Source: a candidate division WOR-3 bacterium | GTDB taxonomy: Bacteria; Hydrothermota; Tepidihabitantia; Tepidihabitantales; Tepidihabitantaceae | Direction of reading: 5' to 3' | Length of the DNA stretch: 64,000 nt | Assembly: GCA_965649225.1 (NCBI GenBank) | Contig: CBFGJX010000008.1 | Location: forward strand, 1 to 64,000 | Shown here: piece by piece, positions 27,078 to 35,912 of the stretch | How positions within the stretch are numbered: position 1 is the first letter of the stretch | Layout of the letters: each line of letters begins with the position of its first letter | Program-made: the position numbers and the translations under genes | The notes under the pieces: generated by a model | What the model was told of the DNA's origin: nothing | Databases searched by the model: none | What the model saw: only the letters and a program-made list of their open reading frames with translations

Positions 27078-28637
27078 GTGATCTGGATTTTTCTGGCGGC
27101 GATGACGGTGAGTTCGCGGGTGGACTCGGCAATTGTGTATCCCAATCAGGTGGTGGTGGTGCGGCGGGCCGAGCTCAACATTGCCGGGGCAACCGAAGTG
27201 GTACTGCCCGGTCTGCCCGGGGCGCTGGACGACAACACGGTCCGGATTGCTGCCAGCGGGCTGCGGATTGGCGAGGTTCAGGTGCGGCGCGGTTATCAGG
27301 CTGAACCGACGCCTGAGGTGCGACGACTGGAACTACGGGTGCAGCTGCTGGAAGACTCGCTGGCGGGACTGGACAACGAAGCGACGGTGCTGAAGGCAAG
27401 AGAAGACTTTCTGACTTCGGTCAAGCTGGGGACACCGGAGATTATTGCCCGGGAACTGCAGCAGGGCCGGGTGGCACCGGAAGCGTGGCGGTCGGCACTG
27501 GTTTTCGTCGCCGACGAACTGACGCGGGTGAAGGCACGGGCGGTGAAGCTGGCGCGGGAACGCGGTGAACTCGACCGCCGGCTGACGGCGGCGCGGCAGG
27601 AGTATGCCGATGCCCGGGCCGCAATCGAAAACCGCAAGGAAGTACGCTTCGACTGCACCGGCACGGGCAGTTTTACCCTGCGGCTGTCGTATGCGATTGC
27701 CGGTGCGGCGAGCTGGGCGCCCTACTATGAATTGCGCGCGCGACCCGGCGACAACCGGGTGACAGTCGGCTACTTCGCCCGGCTTGGTCAGCGCACCGGC
27801 GAAGACTGGGAACGAGTGAAGCTGGTGCTCTCGACGATGCAGCCCAGCGGCGGCAATGTTCCTCCCGAGCCGCAGCCCTGGTATGTTGCGGCGGAAGAGC
27901 CAGCGCGGCCGCGCCGGGCGTTTTCGGCCAAGGCCACGGCCGAATCAGGAGTGATGATGGCGCCGGGGTATGACGGGGTTGCCGAAGCGGAACCGGAGCT
28001 GGCGGTTGTTGAAACCGGCATTGCGCTGCAGTATTCGATTCCGGGTCGCGTGAGCCTGAAGAGCGGTGAGCCGGCAAAGAAGCTCGCCCTCGATGAATCA
28101 GGACTGCCGGCCGATTTTGAGTATCTGGCGGTGCCACGCCAGCGCCCGGCCGCTTTTCTCACTGGTCGGCTGGTCAATTCCGGCAACATGGTATATCTGG
28201 CCGGACAGGGCAACACCTATGTCGGCGATGAGTTTACCGGCAGTGCCTGGTTACCGGCAGTGGCACCGGGCGAGACCGTGCCGGTGGCCTTCGGCGTCGA
28301 TGAACGAATCCGGGTGAAACGGGAACTGGTGCGGACGTTCAGGTCACGGGCGGGTCTGTTCAGCAAAACCGAAAGAACCAAGTTTGTCTATCGGACAACG
28401 GTGGAGAATTATCAGCCCGGCACCGTGCGGCTGCGGCTGGTGGAGAATGTGCCGGTATCACAGGACGAACGGGTAAAGGTAAGTGTCGACCGGGTTGAGC
28501 CGCGGCCGGACGAAGAAGACCGTGACCGGGGACTGCTGACGTGGCGGCCTGAACTCGGAACGCAGAACCGGTTCAATGTCGAGATTGAGTTTACGGTTGA
28601 ACATCCGGCCGGCCAGCCGGTCAACGGGCTGTTCTAG
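27078..28637 (+). CDS. DUF4140/DUF4139 (MuiA-like) protein
   Basis: VYPNQVVVVR N-domain, coiled coil, ASWAPYYELR, QRTGEDW, FGVDERI; GAGGAGG RBS. Confidence 0.85.
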   Translation: MIWIFLAAMTVSSRVDSAIVYPNQVVVVRRAELNIAGATEVVLPGLPGALDDNTVRIAASGLRIGEVQVRRGYQAEPTPEVRRLELRVQLLEDSLAGLDNEATVLKAREDFLTSVKLGTPEIIARELQQGRVAPEAWRSALVFVADELTRVKARAVKLARERGELDRRLTAARQEYADARAAIENRKEVRFDCTGTGSFTLRLSYAIAGAASWAPYYELRARPGDNRVTVGYFARLGQRTGEDWERVKLVLSTMQPSGGNVPPEPQPWYVAAEEPARPRRAFSAKATAESGVMMAPGYDGVAEAEPELAVVETGIALQYSIPGRVSLKSGEPAKKLALDESGLPADFEYLAVPRQRPAAFLTGRLVNSGNMVYLAGQGNTYVGDEFTGSAWLPAVAPGETVPVAFGVDERIRVKRELVRTFRSRAGLFSKTERTKFVYRTTVENYQPGTVRLRLVENVPVSQDERVKVSVDRVEPRPDEEDRDRGLLTWRPELGTQNRFNVEIEFTVEHPAGQPVNGLF

Positions 28638-28679
28638 TGCCGGGGCGGCGGTGTAAGAAGGGCCAGTGACCCGGAGCGG

Positions 28680-30002
28680 ATGAAGACCGTTACTGTCGTC
28701 GGCGCCGGCCTGGCCGGCTGCGAGGCGGCACTGCAGCTGGTCCGGCGTGGTGTCAGCGTGCGGCTGGTGGAGATGCGACCGGGGAAGATGACCGAAGCGC
28801 ATCAAACCGGCGAACCGGCCGAACTGGTCTGTTCCAATTCGCTGAAATCCGAGGAACCGGTAAATGCCCACGGGTTGCTCAAGGCCGAGCTGCGCCGGTT
28901 GGGCTGCGAGCTGCTGGAATGTGCCGAACAGGCAAGGGTGCCGGGAGGCAAGGCGCTGGTGGTGGACCGACGTCGGTTCTCGGCGCTGGTTGCGGCCCGG
29001 CTGGCGGCGGCCGGGATTGCAGTTGAGCAACGGGAAGCGGTTGATTTGCCCGAAGGGATAACGATCGTCGCCACCGGGCCGCTGACCTCGCCGGCGCTGG
29101 CCGATGCCTTGAACCGGCTGGTCGGCGTCGGGCGGCTGTTTTTTTACGATGCCATCGCGCCGATTGTGCTGGCAGAGACGCTTGACCGTTCCCGAGTGTT
29201 TGCCGCATCGCGCTACGGCGCGGGTGCCGATTATCTCAACTGTCCATTGACCGAGTCTGAGTATGACCGGCTGGTGGACGAGCTGCGCAATGCCGAGCTG
29301 TATCCGCTGCACGATTTCGAGAGTGCCGGTTTCTTTGCCGGTTGTCTGCCGGTGGAGGAAATGGCCCGGCGCGGCCGGCTGGTACTGGCATTTGGCCCGC
29401 TGAAGCCGGTGGGGCTGATTGATCCGCGTACCGGTCGGCGGCCGTTTGCCGTTGTCCAGCTCCGGCCGGAGAACGAGACCGGCACGATGTACAATCTGGT
29501 TGGTTTTCAGACCCGGCTGCGCCACGGCGAACAGCAGCGGGTGTTCCGGCTGATTCCGGGTCTGGAAACGGCCGAGTTTGTCCGCTTCGGCAGCATTCAC
29601 CGCAACACCTACCTGGACGGGCCGAAAACGCTGCGGCCGACACTGCAGACACGGGTAAGACCCGATTTGTTTGTTGCCGGTCAGCTTACAGGTGTTGAGG
29701 GTTATGTCGAGTCGATTGCTGCCGGGCTGGTAGCCGGAGTCAATGCCGCCCGGCTGGCGCTGGGCAGAGAACCGGTTGTGCTGCCGCCCGAAACGATGAT
29801 TGGTGCGCTGCTGGCCTACGTCAGTGCGCCCAACAGCAGTTTCCAGCCGATGAATGCGAATTTCGGGCTGCTGCCACCGATCGGCAGGAGGTTGCGCGGC
29901 CGGGACCGCAAGGCAGCACAGGCCGAGCTGGCACTGGCGGCTGTCGCCAGTGTCTCCGGGCTGTTGAACAGTGAGACTGAACAAGTTTGTTTGCCGGGGT
30001 AA
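28680..30002 (+). CDS. trmFO: Folate/FAD-dependent tRNA m5U54 methyltransferase
   Basis: VGAGLAGCEAA, ELVCSNS, FYDAIAP, YNLVGFQTRL, HRNTY, AGQLTGVEGY, FQPMNANFG. Confidence 0.97.
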   Translation: MKTVTVVGAGLAGCEAALQLVRRGVSVRLVEMRPGKMTEAHQTGEPAELVCSNSLKSEEPVNAHGLLKAELRRLGCELLECAEQARVPGGKALVVDRRRFSALVAARLAAAGIAVEQREAVDLPEGITIVATGPLTSPALADALNRLVGVGRLFFYDAIAPIVLAETLDRSRVFAASRYGAGADYLNCPLTESEYDRLVDELRNAELYPLHDFESAGFFAGCLPVEEMARRGRLVLAFGPLKPVGLIDPRTGRRPFAVVQLRPENETGTMYNLVGFQTRLRHGEQQRVFRLIPGLETAEFVRFGSIHRNTYLDGPKTLRPTLQTRVRPDLFVAGQLTGVEGYVESIAAGLVAGVNAARLALGREPVVLPPETMIGALLAYVSAPNSSFQPMNANFGLLPPIGRRLRGRDRKAAQAELALAAVASVSGLLNSETEQVCLPG

Positions 30003-30006
30003 CGTA

Positions 30007-31515
30007 ATGAAGCAGTGGCTGACTGTTCTGGTGTTGGTGTGGGCCGGACTGGTGTCCGGGCGCGAGTGGCTGGCCCGACTTGACGGGCCAGAGCCCGGGA
30101 CCGGGGTTGTCTTTGCGGCTGACGGCTGGAGCCTGGTCGTGGCCGGGGATGATGAACTGTCCCGGCGGGAAAGCGGGATGGTGGTGCTCGAACCGTGGGA
30201 CGAACGGGCCGATTACCTGTACGTTTTCTGCGACAACGAAGCTGTCCGCACTGCGGCGGCAGCCTGCGGTCGCGTGCTGACCGGGGATAGCAACGGACTG
30301 GTGCTGGCAACCGACACGGCGGGGATAGTGGCGCTCAACCGTCTGCCGGTCCAGTTGTGCGGCATCGGGCGGACCGAGCGTCGGCTGCCCGGGAATGGGG
30401 AAAGCACCCTCAACCCGGCGGTGGTGCCGGACAGTCTGGTCTGGCGGCTGGTCGGCCGGGTAAGTGCCGATTCAGTCGGCGGGACGATTCAGCGGCTGTG
30501 GGATTTCCGAGTCCGTTACAGTGATACCGATTCCTGCCGGCGGGCAATGGACTGGGTGCGGCAGCGGTTGCAGGAGCATGGCTGTGACAGCGTCTGGCTT
30601 GATACCTTTCGCCGTGAGTGGGCGCCGAACGTGGTCGGTTTGAAACGCGGGACAATCAATCCGGACAGGTACTATGTTGTTTGTGCCCATGCCGACGCGA
30701 CGTCGGAGTCTCCGCGAATCTATTCGCCCGGTTGTGAGGATAACGGTTCGGGTGTTGCCGCAGTGCTGGAGCTGGCCCGGGTGCTGGCCGATGCCACGGT
30801 CGAAAACAGTCTGCTTTACTGCGTGTTCGCAGGTGAAGAGCAGGGGCTGGTGGGTTCGGATTCACTGGCCCGTCGGGCGCGTGACCGTGGTGATTCAATC
30901 CGGCTGGCCATCAACTTCGACATGATTTCCTACGGCCGGGCCGGTCGCGACAGCATCGTCATCTACGGTGCACGCAACCCGCCTAACTCGGAGGCGTTTG
31001 TGGCGTTTTTCCGGGCGCAGGCCGATACCTTTTCCAGTCTCAAACACTATGCGACAATCGAGAACACGCCGGCGGCGCGGTCTGACCATTACAGTTTCTG
31101 GAAGTATGGTTTTCCGGCAATCCGGGGCGGCTTTCATGACCGCACGCCGCTTTACCATACCACCGGTGACACCATCGGCCCGCTTTATTACGAACAATGC
31201 GGCACCAACAACATTCCGATGGAGACCGAGCTGGTCAAAGCGCTGGTGGCGACGGTCGCTCGACTGGTCGGCACCGGGCTGCCGGTGGGAGTTGCGGCCG
31301 ATCGGCCGGAAAGGACTGTCCGGCCCGGACTGCCGGCACTGGTTTCGGGTCAGCTGCTGCTGGCCGGCGACCGGCCGGCAATGCTCTGTGATAGGAGCGG
31401 GCGGCGGGTGCAGGTTGTCCGGCCGGGGGTAAACGATATCAGTCGGCTGCCGGCGGGAGTGTATTTTGCCTGCGGAATCGGTCTCCGGCCGCGGCGGGTG
31501 ATTCTCTGGCATTGA
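30007..31515 (+). CDS. Secreted M28 family metallopeptidase with short C-terminal sorting tail
   Basis: Signal peptide; CAHAD, GCEDNGSG, GEEQGLVGS, NFDMI, RSDH, YHTTGD; tail CDRSGRRV...LPAGVYF...RRVIL. Confidence 0.88.
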   Translation: MKQWLTVLVLVWAGLVSGREWLARLDGPEPGTGVVFAADGWSLVVAGDDELSRRESGMVVLEPWDERADYLYVFCDNEAVRTAAAACGRVLTGDSNGLVLATDTAGIVALNRLPVQLCGIGRTERRLPGNGESTLNPAVVPDSLVWRLVGRVSADSVGGTIQRLWDFRVRYSDTDSCRRAMDWVRQRLQEHGCDSVWLDTFRREWAPNVVGLKRGTINPDRYYVVCAHADATSESPRIYSPGCEDNGSGVAAVLELARVLADATVENSLLYCVFAGEEQGLVGSDSLARRARDRGDSIRLAINFDMISYGRAGRDSIVIYGARNPPNSEAFVAFFRAQADTFSSLKHYATIENTPAARSDHYSFWKYGFPAIRGGFHDRTPLYHTTGDTIGPLYYEQCGTNNIPMETELVKALVATVARLVGTGLPVGVAADRPERTVRPGLPALVSGQLLLAGDRPAMLCDRSGRRVQVVRPGVNDISRLPAGVYFACGIGLRPRRVILWH

Positions 31516-31591
31516 TGGTCCGACGACTTGACAACCGCAGTGGTCACACCAAGATTAATCAGGGCTGTCCGCAGCCCGGACAGGAGCAGCA

Positions 31592-31870
31592 ATGGATGAA
31601 CAGCCAAAAGAAGAACGTACCAGGACCGAGGAGTTTGAGGTCGATGCCGGTGAGCTGGTTGATCGGGTAAAAGCACTGGTCGAGGCCGGCAATGTCCGGC
31701 GGTTGGTGATAAGGATGCCCGATGGCCGGGTGCTTTTCGAAGTGCCGCTGACCGCTGGCGTGGCGGTGGGCGGTGCGGTGGTTCTTCTGGCGCCGGTGCT
31801 GGCGGCACTGGGAGCACTGGCGGCAGTAGTGGCCCGCGTCAAGGTTCAGGTGGTGCGGGCAGTAGAGTAG
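31592..31870 (+). CDS. DUF4342 domain protein
   Basis: ELVDRVKALVEAGNVRRLVIR...EVPLTAG plus hydrophobic segment; AGGAG RBS; TTGACA at 31528. Confidence 0.85.
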   Translation: MDEQPKEERTRTEEFEVDAGELVDRVKALVEAGNVRRLVIRMPDGRVLFEVPLTAGVAVGGAVVLLAPVLAALGALAAVVARVKVQVVRAVE

Positions 31871-31905
31871 CAAAACAGGTTCAGCGAAACTGACGCCCGG
31901 GAGCT

Positions 31906-31933
31906 TTGCGCCGGCCCGGGCGTTGTTTATAAT
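31906..31933 (+). promoter_or_regulatory. Leaderless-type promoter for rtcB (TTGCGC-16-TATAAT-6-ATG)
   Basis: TATAAT at 31928-31933, then CCAACC ATG; no SD. Confidence 0.65.
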
Positions 31934-31939
31934 CCAACC

Positions 31940-33397
31940 ATGGCAGAATGGAATGGACCGCTGGAAAGGATTGACGACTGGCGGCTGAAAATACCGCGGA
32001 CATACAAGCCGACGATGCGGGTCGATGGCGTAATCTACGCCGATGCCCGGTTGCTTGATGATATCAAGGCTGATCAGGCGCCGGAGCAGGTGGCGAATGT
32101 TGCCACGCTGCCCGGAATCGTAGGTCAGTCAATGGCAATGCCGGATATTCACTGGGGGTACGGGTTCCCCATCGGCGGTGTGGCCGCCTTTGACGCCCGG
32201 GAGGGAGTGATATCGCCGGGCGGGGTCGGCTACGATATCAATTGCGGGGTGCGGCTGCTGCGGACGCAGCTGATGGCAGCGGAACTCAAACCGGAAGTAC
32301 TGGAACGGCTGGTGCAGACAATCTACCAGAACGTTCCTTCCGGCGTGGGGTCAACCGGCAAGATCCGCATCAGTCAGCAGACGGTCGCCGAGGTACTGAC
32401 CCACGGCGCGCGCTGGGCGGTTGACAACGGCTACGGTTTCGAAGAGGACCTCGAGTACACTGAGGAACACGGACAGATGGCCGGGGCCGAACTCGCCGGG
32501 GTGTCGAAGCGGGCGCTGGAGCGGGGGATGCCGCAGCTGGGTACACTCGGCGCGGGCAATCACTTTCTGGAAGTACAGGTTGTTGATGAAATCTACGATG
32601 CGACAGCGGCGGCAGCGCTCGGACTGGTATTGGGCGGGGTGACAGTGATGATTCACACCGGTTCGCGCGGGCTGGGGTATCAGATCTGCGACGACAATGT
32701 CCGCGAAATGGGCGCCGCCGCCCGCAAGTACGGGATCGAGCTGGTTGACCGTCAGCTGGCATGTGCGCCGGTGGATTCGCCCGAGGGCCGGCGTTATTTC
32801 GGAGCGATGGTCTGCGCCGCAAACTATGCCTGGGCAAATCGACAGGCAATCGCCCACTGGGTGCGGGAAGCTTTCGCCCGGGTTCTGGGTGTGCCGATTG
32901 AGCGACTGGGAATGAGTCAGGTTTATGACGTCGCTCATAACATCGCCAAGTTCGAGGAACAGGTTGTCGGCGGTGAGCGCCGGCGGCTGTGCGTTCACCG
33001 CAAGGGAGCGACCCGGGCATTCGGCCCTGGCCATCAGGCATTGCCGGCCCGCTATCGTCATCTCGGCCAGCCGGTGCTGATTCCGGGCGACATGGGTTCT
33101 TATTCCTATGTTCTGGTTGGCACCGCCGTTGCCGACCGGGAGACATTCGGTTCGGCCTGCCACGGGGCGGGCCGGGTCTGGTCGCGCACCCGGGCGCTGA
33201 ACGAAACGAAGAAGCGCGATGTCGCCGCCGAACTGCGGCAGAAGGGCATCCGGGTGATGGCCGCGAGCCGGGAAGTGCTGCGTGAGGAAGTGCCGGATGC
33301 CTACAAGGATGTCGAAGCGGTGGTGGCGGTCTGTCACAATGCCGGGATTGCCCGCCGGGTCGCCCGGATGCGGCCGCTGGGGGTGGTCAAGGGTTAG
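31940..33397 (+). CDS. rtcB: RNA-splicing/repair ligase RtcB
   Basis: MPDIHWGYGFPIGG, GYDINCG, GNHFLE, HTGSRG, HN, HRKGAT, SACHGAGR. Confidence 0.97.
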   Translation: MAEWNGPLERIDDWRLKIPRTYKPTMRVDGVIYADARLLDDIKADQAPEQVANVATLPGIVGQSMAMPDIHWGYGFPIGGVAAFDAREGVISPGGVGYDINCGVRLLRTQLMAAELKPEVLERLVQTIYQNVPSGVGSTGKIRISQQTVAEVLTHGARWAVDNGYGFEEDLEYTEEHGQMAGAELAGVSKRALERGMPQLGTLGAGNHFLEVQVVDEIYDATAAAALGLVLGGVTVMIHTGSRGLGYQICDDNVREMGAAARKYGIELVDRQLACAPVDSPEGRRYFGAMVCAANYAWANRQAIAHWVREAFARVLGVPIERLGMSQVYDVAHNIAKFEEQVVGGERRRLCVHRKGATRAFGPGHQALPARYRHLGQPVLIPGDMGSYSYVLVGTAVADRETFGSACHGAGRVWSRTRALNETKKRDVAAELRQKGIRVMAASREVLREEVPDAYKDVEAVVAVCHNAGIARRVARMRPLGVVKG

Positions 33398-33399
33398 CG

Positions 33400-35232
33400 G
33401 TGGCTGACGTTGTGGCCGGCAGCACCGAACGAACGGGCGGAAACAGGTTGACGACGCTGGCCGAAAAGATTGCGTCGGCGCCGGAAAGCCCCGGGGTTTA
33501 CCTGCTCAAAGACGGGCGGGGCCGGGTGGTCTATGTCGGCAAGGCCCGGGTTCTGCGCGAGCGGCTGCGGGCCTATGCCGGTCCGCAGGACAATCCGCGG
33601 CTGCGGGCGCTGGTGAAGACGGTCGGCGACGTCGAAACTGTCGTAACCAGTTCTGAAGTCGAAGCGCTGGTGCTGGAGGAAAACTTCATCAAGTTTCACC
33701 GGCCCCGCTTCAATGTCCGGCTGCGGGACGACAAGAAGTTTCCGTACCTGAAACTGACGGCTGCCGAGCCTTTTCCCCGGATTTTTGTTACGCGCAACAT
33801 CGCTCCCGACGGGTCGCTGCTGTTCGGGCCTTACACCAATGCCCGCGAGCTGCGCAAGGCACTGCGGGCGGTGAAACGGGTGTTCCGGCTGCGTACCTGT
33901 TCCTGGGCACTGCCGGAGAACCGGCCGCCCCGCCCCTGTCTGGAGTTTGATGTCGGCCGCTGCAGCGGGCCCTGTGCCGACCGGGTATCGGCGGCCGATT
34001 ATGCCGGGCAGGTCAACGATGCGGTGCGATTTCTGTCCGGCCGGTCGGATGCGGTGGTGGCGGAACTGGAAAGGCGGATGTGGCAGGCCGCGCAGGCCCA
34101 GGAGTTTGAAGTGGCGGCGGCACTGCGTGACCAGTTGCTGGCACTGCGCGAGATTCGGCGCGAACAGCATGTTGCCGCGCCGGACCGGGCCAATCGTGAC
34201 GTCATCGGACTGGCCCGCGGCGAACGAACGGCACTGGCGGTCGTGCTGCGAGTGCGTGAGGGCCGGCTGGTGGCGAAAGAGGAGTATCCGCTGGCGGCAG
34301 AACGGAACGTGCCCGACAGCGAGGTCGTTGCCGGGTTGATTCGTTCAGTACACACCCATACCGCCGACATCCCCGACGAGATTGTGGTGCCGACCGAGCC
34401 CGATGACCGGGCGACACTGGAAGAGTGGTTTGTCCGGCGCCATGACCGGCGGGTGGCGATTACCGTGCCGGAACGGGGCGGCAGGACGAGGTTGCTGGAA
34501 CTGGCGCGGGTGAATGCGGAAAAGGCGCTGGTGGAGCTGGCGCCGGAACAGCGGGTGCCGGCGGCCAACGAGGAGCTGGCACGGATTCTCGGCCTGACAG
34601 CAGTGCCGCGGCTGATTGAGGGTGTTGACATTTCCAATACCCAAGGGACTAATGCGGTTGGTTCGGTGGTGGTGTTCCGCGACGACCGGCCGCTGAAACA
34701 GGGCTACCGACTGTTCAAAATCCGGAGTGTCCAGGGGCCAAACGACTTCGCGATGATGGAAGAGGTGCTGGCGCGGCGGGTGCGCGGTCTGCTGGAGAAA
34801 AATCAGCCGTTGCCGGACCTGGTGCTGGTTGACGGCGGTAAGGGCCAGCTCTCGGCCGCAGTGCGTGCCTATCGCCGGTTTGATGCCGAGATTCCGATCC
34901 TCGGACTGGCCAAGCGCACCGACACGCTCTACTACGAAGACGGCCGGGAGATTTCGATTCCAGTTTCATCGCCGGCGCTGAAACTGCTGAAACGGGTGCG
35001 CGACGAGTCGCACCGTTTCGCCAACACGTTTCACCGCAAGCTGCGGGGCAGGGCGATGACCTTCTCGGCGCTTGACACGATTCCGGGGCTGGGACCGGCA
35101 CGCAGGAAGGCGCTGATCCAGCATTTCGGTTCGCTGGACAGGGTCAAGGCGGCCGGAATCGCGGATATTGCCCGTGTGAAGGGTATCGGCCCGGCGCTGG
35201 CCGAGCGAATCAGTCGAACGCTGCGGGAGTGA
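33400..35232 (+). CDS. uvrC: Excinuclease ABC subunit C
   Basis: GIY-YIG PGVY...YVGKA, Cys cluster, UVR domain FEVAAALRD, DIS, DGGKGQ, RDESHRFA, HhH repeats. Confidence 0.97.
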   Translation: MADVVAGSTERTGGNRLTTLAEKIASAPESPGVYLLKDGRGRVVYVGKARVLRERLRAYAGPQDNPRLRALVKTVGDVETVVTSSEVEALVLEENFIKFHRPRFNVRLRDDKKFPYLKLTAAEPFPRIFVTRNIAPDGSLLFGPYTNARELRKALRAVKRVFRLRTCSWALPENRPPRPCLEFDVGRCSGPCADRVSAADYAGQVNDAVRFLSGRSDAVVAELERRMWQAAQAQEFEVAAALRDQLLALREIRREQHVAAPDRANRDVIGLARGERTALAVVLRVREGRLVAKEEYPLAAERNVPDSEVVAGLIRSVHTHTADIPDEIVVPTEPDDRATLEEWFVRRHDRRVAITVPERGGRTRLLELARVNAEKALVELAPEQRVPAANEELARILGLTAVPRLIEGVDISNTQGTNAVGSVVVFRDDRPLKQGYRLFKIRSVQGPNDFAMMEEVLARRVRGLLEKNQPLPDLVLVDGGKGQLSAAVRAYRRFDAEIPILGLAKRTDTLYYEDGREISIPVSSPALKLLKRVRDESHRFANTFHRKLRGRAMTFSALDTIPGLGPARRKALIQHFGSLDRVKAAGIADIARVKGIGPALAERISRTLRE

Positions 35233-35238
35233 GGCCGG

Positions 35239-35733
35239 CTAGTATTCGTCCCGGCTGCCGGTCAGCTCCTTTTCCATCGCATCGGCGCACTTGATGACTG
35301 CGGTGATCACCGCCTGCAGCGACTGGGGATCGGCATCGGCGTCAATCTTGGCGACATACTTGGCAACGTAGGCGTTGTCATTGTCACGGTAAACCGCCCA
35401 GGCACCGATCTTGTTTTCGTCGCTGTCGATAAGCAGGCGGTTGGCGACTGCCGCCGAGAACGGGTTTTCAGACTTGTAGGCCGGAGCCCAGACTTCACGG
35501 ATTTCCAGACCGTGATAGGTTTCGGTCTTGGAGTTGATGAAGACGAGCTGGGTGCGGTCTTCATCCAGCGAGAATACCATCCGGAAATTGCCGAGCTCGG
35601 TTACCTTGTAATTGAGGTCAAGCTGGTCGAGCGCCGAGCGGATTCGGGCATCGCCGGTGGCACTCTTGCCGAGCTGGGCAAACACCGGAACGGCACAGAT
35701 CAGCAGGACCGCGACAGTCGAGCGAACAGACAT
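35239..35733 (-). CDS. Exported YbjN-like hypothetical protein
   Basis: AAGGAGG RBS, signal peptide ending VFA-Q, RTQLVFINS...ANRLL...KIGAW...ADAMEKEL. Confidence 0.65.
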   Translation of the reverse strand: MSVRSTVAVLLICAVPVFAQLGKSATGDARIRSALDQLDLNYKVTELGNFRMVFSLDEDRTQLVFINSKTETYHGLEIREVWAPAYKSENPFSAAVANRLLIDSDENKIGAWAVYRDNDNAYVAKYVAKIDADADPQSLQAVITAVIKCADAMEKELTGSRDEY

Positions 35734-35912
35734 GCTTCCTCCTTGGTAAGTAAAATAATTATACCCGATAAACAGTGGTAGCGGCAATGGCGACGGCGGT
35801 GAAATCCGAACTTGCCAGGACCGGTCGGGCCGGGTTATCATTTCACCAGTGCGGAGGACAGGGGGCATGTGGGCAGGCAACTGGTTTTTCCGGTAAAGAG
35901 AGGAATCAGAGT

